Under the pieces are notes generated by a model that worked only from the letters and a program-made list of their open reading frames with translations, made no database searches and was not told where the DNA came from. 64,000 nucleotides of DNA from contig CAZFYQ010000001.1 of assembly GCA_964523905.1 (NCBI GenBank), positions 121,739-185,738 on the forward strand, written 5' to 3'. How positions within the stretch are numbered: position 1 is the first letter of the stretch; each line of letters begins with the position of its first letter. Of this stretch, positions 39,750 to 52,303 are shown piece after piece. A program made the translations under genes and the position numbers. Origin of the DNA: an uncultured Gammaproteobacteria bacterium (GTDB lineage: Bacteria > Patescibacteriota > Microgenomatia > Daviesbacterales > UBA10151).

Positions 39750-39767
39750 CAATATTTGGGCAAGTAA

Positions 39768-42475
<2,708 letters not shown>

Positions 42476-42529
42476 GCCGCAATTTTAACATAATAAAACT
42501 ATGCCCTAAATCTTTAGGGCCTACTGCCA

Positions 42530-44218
42530 ATGGCTAATACAATTGAGGATCTTTTATTACAGCAAGGTTTACTGACTCCTGATCAAGTATCGGCTTTAAA
42601 ACTGGAGAGTATTAATTCCGGTCAGACGATCGATAAACTATTGCTCTCCCATAATTTGGTTTCACCTGATAAGGTCGCGGCTGCCAAAGCCCAAATGCTA
42701 AATATCCCTTTTGTTAAGCTTGAAGGTAAAGGTATATCTGCGGATATACTAAACATGATTCCTGAGCCAGCTGCTCAACGTTACCGTATTATTCCCTTTG
42801 AAAAATCAAATAATGAGTTATGGGTCGCTATGGAAGATCCATTGGATGTGCAGGTGATTCAATTTATTGAAAAAAGAAGCGGCATGAGAATCAAGCCCTT
42901 TTTAGCATTAAAAGATGATATTTTAAAAGCCATTGATGAACAGTACGCTCAAACTTTGACTACAGATGTAACTTCAGCTTTGCGTGAGGTACAGTCAGTC
43001 AAAACAGAAACCACGGCGGAGGAAAACACCGAAGTTATTCGCGAAGCTCCAGTTTCTAATATAGTTAAACAACTACTGGAGTATGCCATTAAATCAAGAG
43101 CTTCGGACATTCATATTGAGCCTCAAGAAGACAGGGTTATTGTTAGATACAGGATTGATGGGATTCTGCAAGAGAAAATACTGCTCCCTAAAGGTGTTCA
43201 TGATGCCTTAATTTCCCGCATTAAAATTCTTTCTGTTTTAAAAATTGATGAAAAAAGATTGCCTCAAGATGGTCGTTTTACTTTTAATGATGGGCAAAAT
43301 GAGGTTGATCTTCGTGTTTCAATCATACCTACTGTTTATGGTGAAAAGGTAGTGTTACGGCTACTGCCTAAATCAACTGCCGCACCTACTTTTGTGGAAC
43401 TTGGCATCAGAGGTGTTGCTTTAAAGGCATTAGAGTCTCAACTATTGCGGTCCCACGGAATTATTTTAATTTGTGGCCCAACTGGTTCAGGTAAAACCAC
43501 AACTTTGTATTCCATTCTGACAAAGGTTTCCACCAGTAAAGTGAATGTGGTTACTATTGAAGATCCGGTTGAATATCAAATTAACGGAGTGAATCAAGTT
43601 CAGGTTAATCAGGGTATTGGACTGACTTTTGCTGCTGCTTTACGAAGTTTTTTACGACAAGACCCTAATGTGATCATGGTTGGTGAGGTTCGTGATACCG
43701 AAACAGCAGAATTGGCAATTCAGGCAGCTTTAACCGGGCATCAGGTATTTTCTACAGTTCATACTAATTCTGCAGCTGGTGCTCCTCCCCGTTTGGTTGA
43801 CATGGGTGTTGAGCCGTTTCTTTTAACATCAGCTCTTAATTGTACGGTTGGTCAGCGGGTAGTTAGAAAAATTTGTACATATTGCAAAGTGGAATTTAAT
43901 ATTCCTGCGGAATTAACTAACACTGTCAAGGCTGTATTGGGTGCATATTTACCAACCACTACTCCGGTAATGAAACTGTATAAAGGTAAAGGTTGTAAAG
44001 CCTGTGGCGGCACTGGCTATTTGGGCAGAATTGGTATTTATGAAGTGTTGGTCATCACTGATGCCATTGCTAAGCTTATTCTGGAAAGTGCCACCTCTAA
44101 TAAAATAGAGGAAGCGGCAATCAGTGCCGGAATGGTAACCATGAAACAAGATGGATATTTAAAAGCCTTGGAAGGGATCACGACCCTAGAGGAGGTCTTA
44201 AGGGTGGCACAGGACTGA
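42530..44218 (+). CDS. pilB: Type IV pilus assembly ATPase PilB/GspE
   Basis: ASDIHIEP, RLPQDGR, GPTGSGKTTT, TIEDPVEY, LRQDPNVIMVGEVRD, tetracysteine motif. Confidence 0.96.
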   Translation: MANTIEDLLLQQGLLTPDQVSALKLESINSGQTIDKLLLSHNLVSPDKVAAAKAQMLNIPFVKLEGKGISADILNMIPEPAAQRYRIIPFEKSNNELWVAMEDPLDVQVIQFIEKRSGMRIKPFLALKDDILKAIDEQYAQTLTTDVTSALREVQSVKTETTAEENTEVIREAPVSNIVKQLLEYAIKSRASDIHIEPQEDRVIVRYRIDGILQEKILLPKGVHDALISRIKILSVLKIDEKRLPQDGRFTFNDGQNEVDLRVSIIPTVYGEKVVLRLLPKSTAAPTFVELGIRGVALKALESQLLRSHGIILICGPTGSGKTTTLYSILTKVSTSKVNVVTIEDPVEYQINGVNQVQVNQGIGLTFAAALRSFLRQDPNVIMVGEVRDTETAELAIQAALTGHQVFSTVHTNSAAGAPPRLVDMGVEPFLLTSALNCTVGQRVVRKICTYCKVEFNIPAELTNTVKAVLGAYLPTTTPVMKLYKGKGCKACGGTGYLGRIGIYEVLVITDAIAKLILESATSNKIEEAAISAGMVTMKQDGYLKALEGITTLEEVLRVAQD

Positions 44219-45270
44219 TGAATATTCAACAGCTTTTGGAATTAACAGTTGAGCGAAATGCCTCCGACCTTCATCTATCAGTTGGTTTTCCCCCAATGCT
44301 TCGGATCCAGGGCGATATGCTTGCTATCACTGGCGAAGAAAGGTGTACTCCACAGCAAATTGAAAGTTTACTTTTGCCTTTGCTAACCGATATTCAAAAA
44401 CAAATTTATCAACAGAATCTGGAGTTGGATTTCTCCTTTGAATTTGAATCTAAAGCTCGGTTTAGAGCTAGCGTTTACATGCAAAAGGGTTATTCGGCTA
44501 TTGCCTTACGACTGATTCCTCTAAAAATTCCTCTATTAGAAGAATTAGGATTACCCATGGTTGTTAGCAAACTAACTGAGTTAAAACAGGGTTTTGTTTT
44601 GGTGACCGGGCCAACTGGTCATGGAAAAACTACTACTCTAGCCTCTTTTCTTAATAAAATAAATTTGGAAAGAGCCACCCATATAATCACTGTTGAAGAC
44701 CCGATTGAATATGTCTATCCTCAGGGTAAAGCCTTAATTGAACAAAGGGAAATGTTTAAAGACACTCGGTCTTGGGGGAATGCTTTGAGAGCGGCGCTCA
44801 GGGAAGATCCGGACGTAGTGTTAGTTGGAGAAATGAGGGATTTGGAAACAATTTCTTCTGCTATTACCATTGCTGAAACCGGTCATTTAGTTTTAGCAAC
44901 GCTGCATACTAATTCGGCATCTCAAGCAGTTGATCGTATTATTGATGTTTTTCCAGAAGTGGCTCAGCCTCAAGTTAGATTACAGTTGGCATCCACACTT
45001 GAGGCTATTCTCTCCCTTCGTTTGATCCCCACTATTGAACCAGGCCGTGCCTTAGCTTATGAACTACTGTTTGCCACACCGGCCGTTCGCAATTTAATTC
45101 GTGAAGCGAAGTCATACTTAATTGATAGTACCATTGAAACCTCTGCTGAGCTGGGAATGCAAACTTTGGAAAGGTCTTTGGCAGATTTGGTCAGAAATGG
45201 AAAAATTACTGAGGAAGTAGCTTCCAGGTATGCGCTTCGGCCTGGTTTGTTAGCCAAGCTGCTTAAATAA
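44218..45270 (+). CDS. pilT: Pilus retraction ATPase PilT
   Basis: ASDLHL, GPTGHGKTTT, ALREDPDVVLVGEMRD, AETGHLV, AVRNLIRE, GMQTL. Confidence 0.96.
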   Translation: MNIQQLLELTVERNASDLHLSVGFPPMLRIQGDMLAITGEERCTPQQIESLLLPLLTDIQKQIYQQNLELDFSFEFESKARFRASVYMQKGYSAIALRLIPLKIPLLEELGLPMVVSKLTELKQGFVLVTGPTGHGKTTTLASFLNKINLERATHIITVEDPIEYVYPQGKALIEQREMFKDTRSWGNALRAALREDPDVVLVGEMRDLETISSAITIAETGHLVLATLHTNSASQAVDRIIDVFPEVAQPQVRLQLASTLEAILSLRLIPTIEPGRALAYELLFATPAVRNLIREAKSYLIDSTIETSAELGMQTLERSLADLVRNGKITEEVASRYALRPGLLAKLLK

Positions 45271-45273
45271 TTT

Positions 45274-46473
45274 ATGGAATATATTTACCGTGCCAAAACT
45301 AGTAACGGAGAATATCACTCCGGATCTGTTCAGGCATCAGATGTTCATTCAGCAGCTTTAATTCTTCGGAAAAAAGGTTTAGTAGTTATTAGCTTAAAAT
45401 CAAAAAAACCGGGTTTTGATAAATTTTTCGACAGCATATTTAATCGGGTTAGCTTTAGTGAATTGGTGGTACTGACTCGGCAACTAGCTACAATGGTAAA
45501 AGCCGGTTTGGTACTTTCAAATGCGATTGATATTCTAGAAGAACAGCAAACCAATAAAATTTTGAAAAAAGCCTTGCAAGAAATCTCGCAGGATATCAAG
45601 GGAGGTTTAACTTTGGCTCAGGCATTTGGTAGGTATCCTGATATTTTCCCTAAGCTTTATGTTAATTTAATTAAATCAGGTGAAACTTCTGGTAAGCTAG
45701 ATCAGGTACTAGTGCAAATGGCTGAAGGCTTAGAAAAGCAACGGGAATTTCAAGCTAGAGTAAAAGGGGCGATGATTTATCCAATTGTGGTTTTAGGCAT
45801 GATGGGAGGAGTGATTATCATTATGATGGTATTTGTTATTCCCAAACTAATTACTTTATATCAGCAATCAACAATTGAATTGCCTCTGCCCACCAGAATT
45901 TTGATTTTTACTTCGAATTTATTTGTGAATTTTTGGTGGCTCGGTATTATTATCATTATTACTTCAGTGGTCGTTTTTAATAGATGGAATAAGACTGAGG
46001 AACATAAATATATTGTGGCCAAATTGCTACTTAAGGTACCAATTGTAGGAAAAATTATTACCGGAGTTGCTTTAACAGATTTTAATCGAACTTTTGGTCT
46101 GCTAACTTCAGCAGGTATTCCGCTTTTGGATTCAATTGGAATTGTTTCAGATATGACTGATAATTCAGTTTTTAAAAAAACCCTAAAAGAAGCATATACT
46201 GGAGTAGAAAGAGGACTCCCCTTTTCCACATTACTTTCCAGCAATGTCTTTCCTAAGATTGTCGGACAAATGGTTCGGGTTGGTGAAGAAACCGGTAAAG
46301 TTGATGAAGTCTTTTTTACTTTGGCCAACTATTTTGAGTCTGAATCAGATAACTTAATCAAAAATCTGACTGTAGCAATTGAACCAATTGTGCTAATTAT
46401 CCTAGGTATTGGTGTGGGGTTTTTAGTGATCTCCATTATTTTGCCAATATACAAATTGACAACGTCATTTTAA
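45274..46473 (+). CDS. pilC: Type IV pilus platform protein PilC/GspF
   Basis: TRQLATM, GETSGKLD, AMIYP, GEETGK, IEP..I; two T2SSF domains. Confidence 0.95.
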   Translation: MEYIYRAKTSNGEYHSGSVQASDVHSAALILRKKGLVVISLKSKKPGFDKFFDSIFNRVSFSELVVLTRQLATMVKAGLVLSNAIDILEEQQTNKILKKALQEISQDIKGGLTLAQAFGRYPDIFPKLYVNLIKSGETSGKLDQVLVQMAEGLEKQREFQARVKGAMIYPIVVLGMMGGVIIIMMVFVIPKLITLYQQSTIELPLPTRILIFTSNLFVNFWWLGIIIIITSVVVFNRWNKTEEHKYIVAKLLLKVPIVGKIITGVALTDFNRTFGLLTSAGIPLLDSIGIVSDMTDNSVFKKTLKEAYTGVERGLPFSTLLSSNVFPKIVGQMVRVGEETGKVDEVFFTLANYFESESDNLIKNLTVAIEPIVLIILGIGVGFLVISIILPIYKLTTSF

Positions 46474-46563
46474 GCAGAGTTGGCTACTTGACTAAGTAGG
46501 TGAAGTTATGAATAAAATGGACTTACTAGTAGATAAATCTTTTTTGAAGGGAGGTGAATACGA

Positions 46564-47124
46564 TTGAAAAAAACTGTCCAAGTTTTAACTAACAAAAAAC
46601 ATAATGGTTTTACTTTAGTTGAACTTTTAGTTGTTATCGCAATTATTGCTATTTTAGCAGCGGTTGTTGTTTTGATCATTAATCCTCTTGAATTAACAAA
46701 ACGAGGAAGAGATGCGGCACGACTGTCTGATTTAGCAAACCTACAAAACGCTATTAATGTAGCTGTTCAAGAATCAAGTGGCTCTGGAACTGTTGCAGTG
46801 CTTTGTAAGGTTTCTGGTACTTACCCATGTAGCGGATCTTCCAATACTGGTACAAGAGTTGCAGATGGTACGGGTTGGGTAAAAGTAGACCTCTCAACAC
46901 AAAAGAGTGTCTCAGTGCCAACTCTACCAGCTGATCCAGTTAATGATTCTGCTCATCACTACACTTACTGTGCAGATAATGATAGTTGGGAAATTGATAC
47001 TGCCTTAGAATCATCCCAACAAGGAAGTAAGATGATTAATGATGGTGGTAATGATCCAGCTATTTACGAAGTCGGATCAAGCCTTAGCTTGATTGCAACT
47101 TCAGGTGGAAGCTGTACTTACTAA
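46564..47124 (+). CDS. Type IV pilin, probable major pilin
   Basis: G|FTLVELLVVIAII; strong SD GGGAGGTGA before TTG, own promoter-like boxes and downstream hairpin. Confidence 0.92.
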   Translation: MKKTVQVLTNKKHNGFTLVELLVVIAIIAILAAVVVLIINPLELTKRGRDAARLSDLANLQNAINVAVQESSGSGTVAVLCKVSGTYPCSGSSNTGTRVADGTGWVKVDLSTQKSVSVPTLPADPVNDSAHHYTYCADNDSWEIDTALESSQQGSKMINDGGNDPAIYEVGSSLSLIATSGGSCTY

Positions 47125-47127
47125 ACT

Positions 47128-47187
47128 AAAAGCCCTTTTTGCAGCACTGTTTTTCGGAAACGAGGAAAAAGAGCAAGAGGGCTTTTT
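47128..47187 (+). terminator. Intrinsic terminator/attenuating hairpin after major pilin
   Basis: AAAAGCCCTTTTTGC...GCAAGAGGGCTTTTT. Confidence 0.65.
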
Positions 47188-47204
47188 GGTAGATTGTGAT
47201 TATT

Positions 47205-48116
47205 ATGGAAATATTGAGATTGATTATTACTCTGTTTGGATTTGTTCTCGGCAGTATCTTAGGCAGTTTTGCTAAAGCACTGGCAGATCGCAGTTTGAAA
47301 TTTCAAACCTTCTTTGGCAGATCAAAGTGTCCCAAGTGCAAGCATCCCTTAAATTGGTATGATCTTTTTCCGATATTGTCCTATGTCTTACTTAAAGGTC
47401 AGTGCCGCTATTGCCACAAAAAATTGGGCAATGAGTATTTATTAGTAGAACTGGCAGTGGGAATTTTAATTGGATTTTTGTTTTATCAGGAAACTGCTTA
47501 TTTTCAATTTTCTGCGGTAAATTTCCAGTTTTCACTGGTATTGCTTGATCTAGTATTTAAAGCCTTTTTTGTGACTATTCTAACTGCGCTTTTTTTAACA
47601 GACTTAAAAAAGATGTTTATTCCTGATCGGATTATTATTACTGCCATCTGGATTAGTGTTGGTTACCTTGTTGTAACTACAGTTTATAAAATAGTTTATT
47701 TTTACTTCCTGTTAAATCGAACCTATTTGGGTAAATTGTTGTTGCCTCCTCATACAGATTATTTTCAAAGACATTCTTTTATGTTAGCTGAACCACTTTT
47801 AACTGGAATCTTGTTGGGGATAGCCGTCGGGGGGTTTTTCTTGGCCCTTATTCTTGCCACCAAAGGTAAAGGTATGGGAGGGGGAGATGTAAAGCTAGGA
47901 GCTTTCATGGGACTTGTTTTGGGTTTCCCCAACTCCCTACTGGCTTTAGTAGTAGCTTTTGTATCCGGTGCTGTTATTTCATTAGTGTTAATTGTTGGGA
48001 AAAAAAAGCACTTTAAATCCCAAGTTCCATTTGGTCCGTTTTTAGTTTTTGGTAGTCTAGTAGCCTTGTTCTGGGGTGATTTGATCGTAAATTGGTACTT
48101 AAAACTGGGCCCTTGA
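47205..48116 (+). CDS. pilD: Prepilin peptidase
   Basis: GSF, RS.CPKC...DLFPILSY..L.G.CRYC, D, GMGGGDVKL, PFGPFL. Confidence 0.95.
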   Translation: MEILRLIITLFGFVLGSILGSFAKALADRSLKFQTFFGRSKCPKCKHPLNWYDLFPILSYVLLKGQCRYCHKKLGNEYLLVELAVGILIGFLFYQETAYFQFSAVNFQFSLVLLDLVFKAFFVTILTALFLTDLKKMFIPDRIIITAIWISVGYLVVTTVYKIVYFYFLLNRTYLGKLLLPPHTDYFQRHSFMLAEPLLTGILLGIAVGGFFLALILATKGKGMGGGDVKLGAFMGLVLGFPNSLLALVVAFVSGAVISLVLIVGKKKHFKSQVPFGPFLVFGSLVALFWGDLIVNWYLKLGP

Positions 48117-48172
48117 CAACATTATTTATTTATTCTAATAATTAGTACATAAGCTAAAAACTTAAAAAAGTC

Positions 48173-48676
48173 ATGAAAAAATATCTGCCCCAATCTCTCG
48201 GTTTCACCCTTATTGAACTTTTAGTTGTTATCGCAATTATCGCTGTTTTAGCTGTCATGGGATTTGCTGCTTACACTGGTTTAACCAACAGAGGTAATGA
48301 TGCCAGAAGAGTTGCTGACATGAAAGCCTTTGCTGATGCAATGGAGGTTAAAAGAGGTACTTCTGCAAATTACAGCACTAATGCATTAGCAGCTACGGAT
48401 TTTTCAACTGGTGCTTTTCCTGTTGAACCTGTTACTGGCAGAGCAGCAAAATATTGCTACCAGGATAGTACAACTACACCAGTTGCTAACCCATCTGTTG
48501 CTAATTGGGGAACTTTGAATGCTGCTGGATGTCCTACTGCTCCTGGTACCTGGGTCACTGCAAACGGTGTTGGTCCTTCAGTCACAGCTGGTGCCTTATA
48601 CTTTAAGTTCTGTACCATCAATGAGGCAAATCAAGGAGCAGGTGGTGCTGTAATTTGCCAAGGTAGCAGACAGTAA
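48173..48676 (+). CDS. Type IV pilin
   Basis: G|FTLIELLVVIAII, DARR.AD; TTGACA promoter at 48113. Confidence 0.92.
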   Translation: MKKYLPQSLGFTLIELLVVIAIIAVLAVMGFAAYTGLTNRGNDARRVADMKAFADAMEVKRGTSANYSTNALAATDFSTGAFPVEPVTGRAAKYCYQDSTTTPVANPSVANWGTLNAAGCPTAPGTWVTANGVGPSVTAGALYFKFCTINEANQGAGGAVICQGSRQ

Positions 48677-48689
48677 TTTTTCTGCGGAT

Positions 48690-49127
48690 ATGAAAAAATA
48701 TCTGCCCCAATCTCTCGGTTTCACCCTTATAGAATTAATGGTTGTTATTACTATTATTGCTATTTTATCCACCACTGGTTTAGTTTATTATGGCAATTTT
48801 GAAAGAAGCTCCCGGGATGCCAGAAGACAATCTGATTTGAAATTTATTCAGTCGGCTTTGGAAGATTATCATGCAGATCAGCTATACTATCCTATTGCTT
48901 CTGCTGTAACTCCAGGTAGTTCTTTAACAGGCGGTGGCAAAACTTATATAACTACGGTACCAAACGATCCTCAGCCTCCCGCAAGCTATAATTATGCGCC
49001 TTCTGGCTGTACGGGTAGTCAATGTACAGGTTACTGTCTTTATGCACAACTGGAGAATACTACCTTAACTAGTGATCCTGGATGCACTCCTCCAACCGGT
49101 TATAACTATGGTGTTACTAGACCATGA
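48690..49127 (+). CDS. Type IV pilin (GspG-like)
   Basis: G|FTLIELMVVITII, RDARRQSDL..IQSALE.Y. Confidence 0.92.
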   Translation: MKKYLPQSLGFTLIELMVVITIIAILSTTGLVYYGNFERSSRDARRQSDLKFIQSALEDYHADQLYYPIASAVTPGSSLTGGGKTYITTVPNDPQPPASYNYAPSGCTGSQCTGYCLYAQLENTTLTSDPGCTPPTGYNYGVTRP

Positions 49128-49152
49128 GTCAATAATGTGCTACGTTTAGAGT

Positions 49153-49707
49153 ATGCCTGCCAATGGTTATAGTTTAATTGAGCTATTAGTAGTTCTGGTG
49201 ATAATGTCTTTAATTGGAGTAGTTGGCTATGTTAGTTACAAACAGTTTTCTTCAGCTCAAGTTAATACTACCGGAATCAGCCAGATCCAATCTGTTTTAA
49301 GACTTGCTCAAACTAATGCGACATCTTCTAGTATCTGTCCTGGTGGTTCTGGTCCTGGTTCCTGGTCTGTTAGTTTTTATCAATCTTATTTTACCTTAAA
49401 TTGTTTTTCTGGAGATCCTGTTTCTCCAACTCCTGCCGCTCCAGTTACTTATAATTTTTCCGGTGCTAAGATTAGCGATATTCTAGGGTCCAGTTGTGGG
49501 AATACCTCTATCCCCCTTTCTACCAGCCCCCTTCTTACTGTAAATTACAATAATTTGGGTGCATTAACTTTTTCCTCAACAGGAGCCTTGCCTGCCTGTC
49601 TACAGTCAGCATATTGGACATTTACTGTTGATAACCTCGCAGGCGGTACTCCAAGCAAGAAATTTAGTATTTCGAAAGGAGGGGCAGTTGATATCCAAAG
49701 TCCATAA
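49153..49707 (+). CDS. Minor pilin (FimU/GspH-like)
   Basis: G|YSLIELLVVL; IQSVLRLAQ. Confidence 0.85.
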   Translation: MPANGYSLIELLVVLVIMSLIGVVGYVSYKQFSSAQVNTTGISQIQSVLRLAQTNATSSSICPGGSGPGSWSVSFYQSYFTLNCFSGDPVSPTPAAPVTYNFSGAKISDILGSSCGNTSIPLSTSPLLTVNYNNLGALTFSSTGALPACLQSAYWTFTVDNLAGGTPSKKFSISKGGAVDIQSP

Positions 49708-50266
49708 TCAGCAAGGTCAAACCTTAATAGAATTAGTTGTAGTAACTGCTGTATCTGTTATTGTGGTGGGAGCTTTGACTTTTGCAACAGTATCATCTTT
49801 AAGAAATGCTCAATTTGCCAAAAACCAATCTCAAGCTACGCAGTTAGCACAAGAAGCTATTGAAGAGGTACGGTCTGGGAGAGATCAAAATAGAGCCGTA
49901 ATTATTCCTATTAGTAATCCGACTGTGTCTTCCTGGAATGGTGATAGCAATGGTGCGCCGATCTGGAGCTATCAGATTAATGGCAGCTGTGGCAATTTCA
50001 CTTTGACTCCTCCAACCTATTGTTATTTTAAATTAACAGATAATCAGGGGTCATTGCAATATATTGGTACCTCTGCGACTTTATCCCTTTCCCTTTCAGA
50101 GGCAATTCCACCAACTAATCCAGTCTTTCACCGGGCAATTTATTTATCTGATGATGCTACTACCTATTCTAGTCAGAAAACAGTGACTGCTGTGGTGCAA
50201 TGGACGGATTTTTCCGGCACTCATCAGTCAACGTTAAGTACAATTTTAGGAAACACGAATCAATGA
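49688..50266 (+). CDS. Minor pilin (PilV-like)
   Basis: G|QTLIELVVV; ATQLAQEAIE; VTAVVQW; TTG start with AAGGAGG SD. Confidence 0.8.
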   Translation: MISKVHNQQGQTLIELVVVTAVSVIVVGALTFATVSSLRNAQFAKNQSQATQLAQEAIEEVRSGRDQNRAVIIPISNPTVSSWNGDSNGAPIWSYQINGSCGNFTLTPPTYCYFKLTDNQGSLQYIGTSATLSLSLSEAIPPTNPVFHRAIYLSDDATTYSSQKTVTAVVQWTDFSGTHQSTLSTILGNTNQ

Positions 50267-50970
50267 TAAAACATAATGGTCTGACTCTAATTGAATTACT
50301 GGTGGTAATGGCAGTTTTATCAGTGACCGGGATTTATATTCTAAATATCTTTACCTCTTCTTTGCGAGGCAGTAATAAATCTCAAGAAATAGGTATCATT
50401 AAACAAAACGGGCAGGCAGTTTTGAATGTCATGGATAGAACAGTTAGAAATGCCGATAATGTTGTTTGTCCCTTTTTTCTTCAGCCCACTGACACTACTT
50501 CTTATTCTAATACCCTGGTTACGGTTAAGGACGGAGTTTATACCAGATATCGTTTAATTCCAACAACTAATATCATCAATAATTCTCCAGGGAATAACTG
50601 TGGAACTACTATAGGAACCGGCTGTTTTGTCCAGGATAACCCTGTCAGGGGGTTAAATAGTGACGGTACAAAGCAATCAGATCCACAATTTGTTGATAGC
50701 ATTTGCCACGACGCCACACAATCACCAATGTTGCCAACTGCAATCTTATTAACTGACAGTAATCCCCAGACGGGTATATCAGTTAGCTGTATTAATAATG
50801 ATACTACTTGTACTCAAGTTAATACCCCGGCTTTTTTAAGACAAAGAGCTTCTGGGTATAAGGATCAGGTGGCGATTAGATTTTTGGCTAAGCCCGGGGT
50901 TAATGCACCTAACGCAGTTTCCGGTCAAATTGATCCGGTACCTTTTCAAACAACTATCAACTTAAGATGA
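50263..50970 (+). CDS. Minor pilin (PilW-like)
   Basis: G|LTLIELLVVM; C-terminal FQTTINLR. Confidence 0.85.
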   Translation: MIKHNGLTLIELLVVMAVLSVTGIYILNIFTSSLRGSNKSQEIGIIKQNGQAVLNVMDRTVRNADNVVCPFFLQPTDTTSYSNTLVTVKDGVYTRYRLIPTTNIINNSPGNNCGTTIGTGCFVQDNPVRGLNSDGTKQSDPQFVDSICHDATQSPMLPTAILLTDSNPQTGISVSCINNDTTCTQVNTPAFLRQRASGYKDQVAIRFLAKPGVNAPNAVSGQIDPVPFQTTINLR

Positions 50971-51875
50971 AACAACAAGGGCAAATTATTTTAATACTTA
51001 TTTTGGTCATGACTGTGGCTTTGGGCATTGGTTTATCTGTTATTCAAAAAAGTTTGGTGGATATTTCTACTGCTTCTAAGGTTGAGCAATCTTCCCGGGC
51101 TTTTTCTGCTGCTGAGGCAGGAGTAGAAAAAGTATTAGCAAATAAAGGACTAGATAAAAGCGGGCAAACTTTTACCGGTAATTCATCCAGTTTTCAGCCT
51201 GTTTCTGATTCCAAATCAATTCCTGGTCAACAATCAGGTAACAGTCCCCAAATTCCTGTTGTATATCCACCTTTGGCTAAAGAAGATGTAGTGCAAATTT
51301 GGCTAGCAGATCCAGCTACTGCTTTGCCTGGTAGTTGTGCTACCGGTGCGACTTGCTATAAACAGTCAAGCTTAGATGTTTATTGGGGAAATTCATCTTC
51401 TGATAAAGCAGCATTGGAATTGACTCTGGTTTATTATGGTACTGATCTTTCAGACCCAGTTGATCCGTCTACCACTAAATACAGATCTCGAAAATGGTAT
51501 CTCGATCAAAATATTACGAGGACACCAGATAATGGTTTTGAAAAACTTTCTTGTTTTGGAGGTATTGCCGAGTTACTTAACCTGGGGAATAATCAAACTC
51601 AACAATTCCAATGTAAGAAAACCATTACTGCTTTGCCATCAGGTTTAATGCTTCTTAGAGCTAGATTACTTTATAACACTGGCAGTCAACCTTTAGCAGT
51701 TCAGGCAGTCGGAACTTGTGGCAGTGATTGTTCTCTCCCCTCTCAAGCCAGGGAAATAATTTCCACCGGCACTTCCGGTAATACTCAAAGAACTGTTAGA
51801 TTATTTCAGATGAATCAAGTGGTGCCGCCATTTTTTGATTATGCTATTTTTTCAGCAGGAGAAATAAATAAATGA
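50967..51875 (+). CDS. Minor pilin (PilX-like)
   Basis: G|QIILILILVM without Glu5; RAFSAAEAGVE. Confidence 0.85.
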   Translation: MKQQGQIILILILVMTVALGIGLSVIQKSLVDISTASKVEQSSRAFSAAEAGVEKVLANKGLDKSGQTFTGNSSSFQPVSDSKSIPGQQSGNSPQIPVVYPPLAKEDVVQIWLADPATALPGSCATGATCYKQSSLDVYWGNSSSDKAALELTLVYYGTDLSDPVDPSTTKYRSRKWYLDQNITRTPDNGFEKLSCFGGIAELLNLGNNQTQQFQCKKTITALPSGLMLLRARLLYNTGSQPLAVQAVGTCGSDCSLPSQAREIISTGTSGNTQRTVRLFQMNQVVPPFFDYAIFSAGEINK

Positions 51876-52303
51876 TCAATAATAAGCAAAGCTTGCGATC
51901 TAAAGATCTTGAACGCGGAGTTTCACTGATAGAATCACTAATGGTGGTTGTGGCAATGGGAGCAATAGTGCTTTTGATGGTTAATTTACCAAATGTGGTT
52001 AATCTAATGAATAAAAGTAATCATTTAAGCACTGCCAGGGAAATTGCCTTAAAACAGCTGGAAGATGAAAGAACTACTACTTACGGCAATTTAGCAACTG
52101 GGACTGTTAATATTGCTGATTCCAGAATTAGTTTATTGCCTCAGGGTTCGGGAACAGTCACTGTTTCTGATTGTGATTTAAGTATTTGTACCAATAGTGA
52201 GCATATTAAAAAGGTTACAGTGATAGTTTTATGGAAAGATAACAATAAACAACAGAATTTTAAAATAGATACTTTTATTGGTGAAGGGGGGTTAAATCAA
52301 TGA
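51872..52303 (+). CDS. Minor pilin (second PilV-like)
   Basis: G|VSLIESLMVV; AREIALKQLE; KKVTVIVLW. Confidence 0.8.
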   Translation: MINNKQSLRSKDLERGVSLIESLMVVVAMGAIVLLMVNLPNVVNLMNKSNHLSTAREIALKQLEDERTTTYGNLATGTVNIADSRISLLPQGSGTVTVSDCDLSICTNSEHIKKVTVIVLWKDNNKQQNFKIDTFIGEGGLNQ

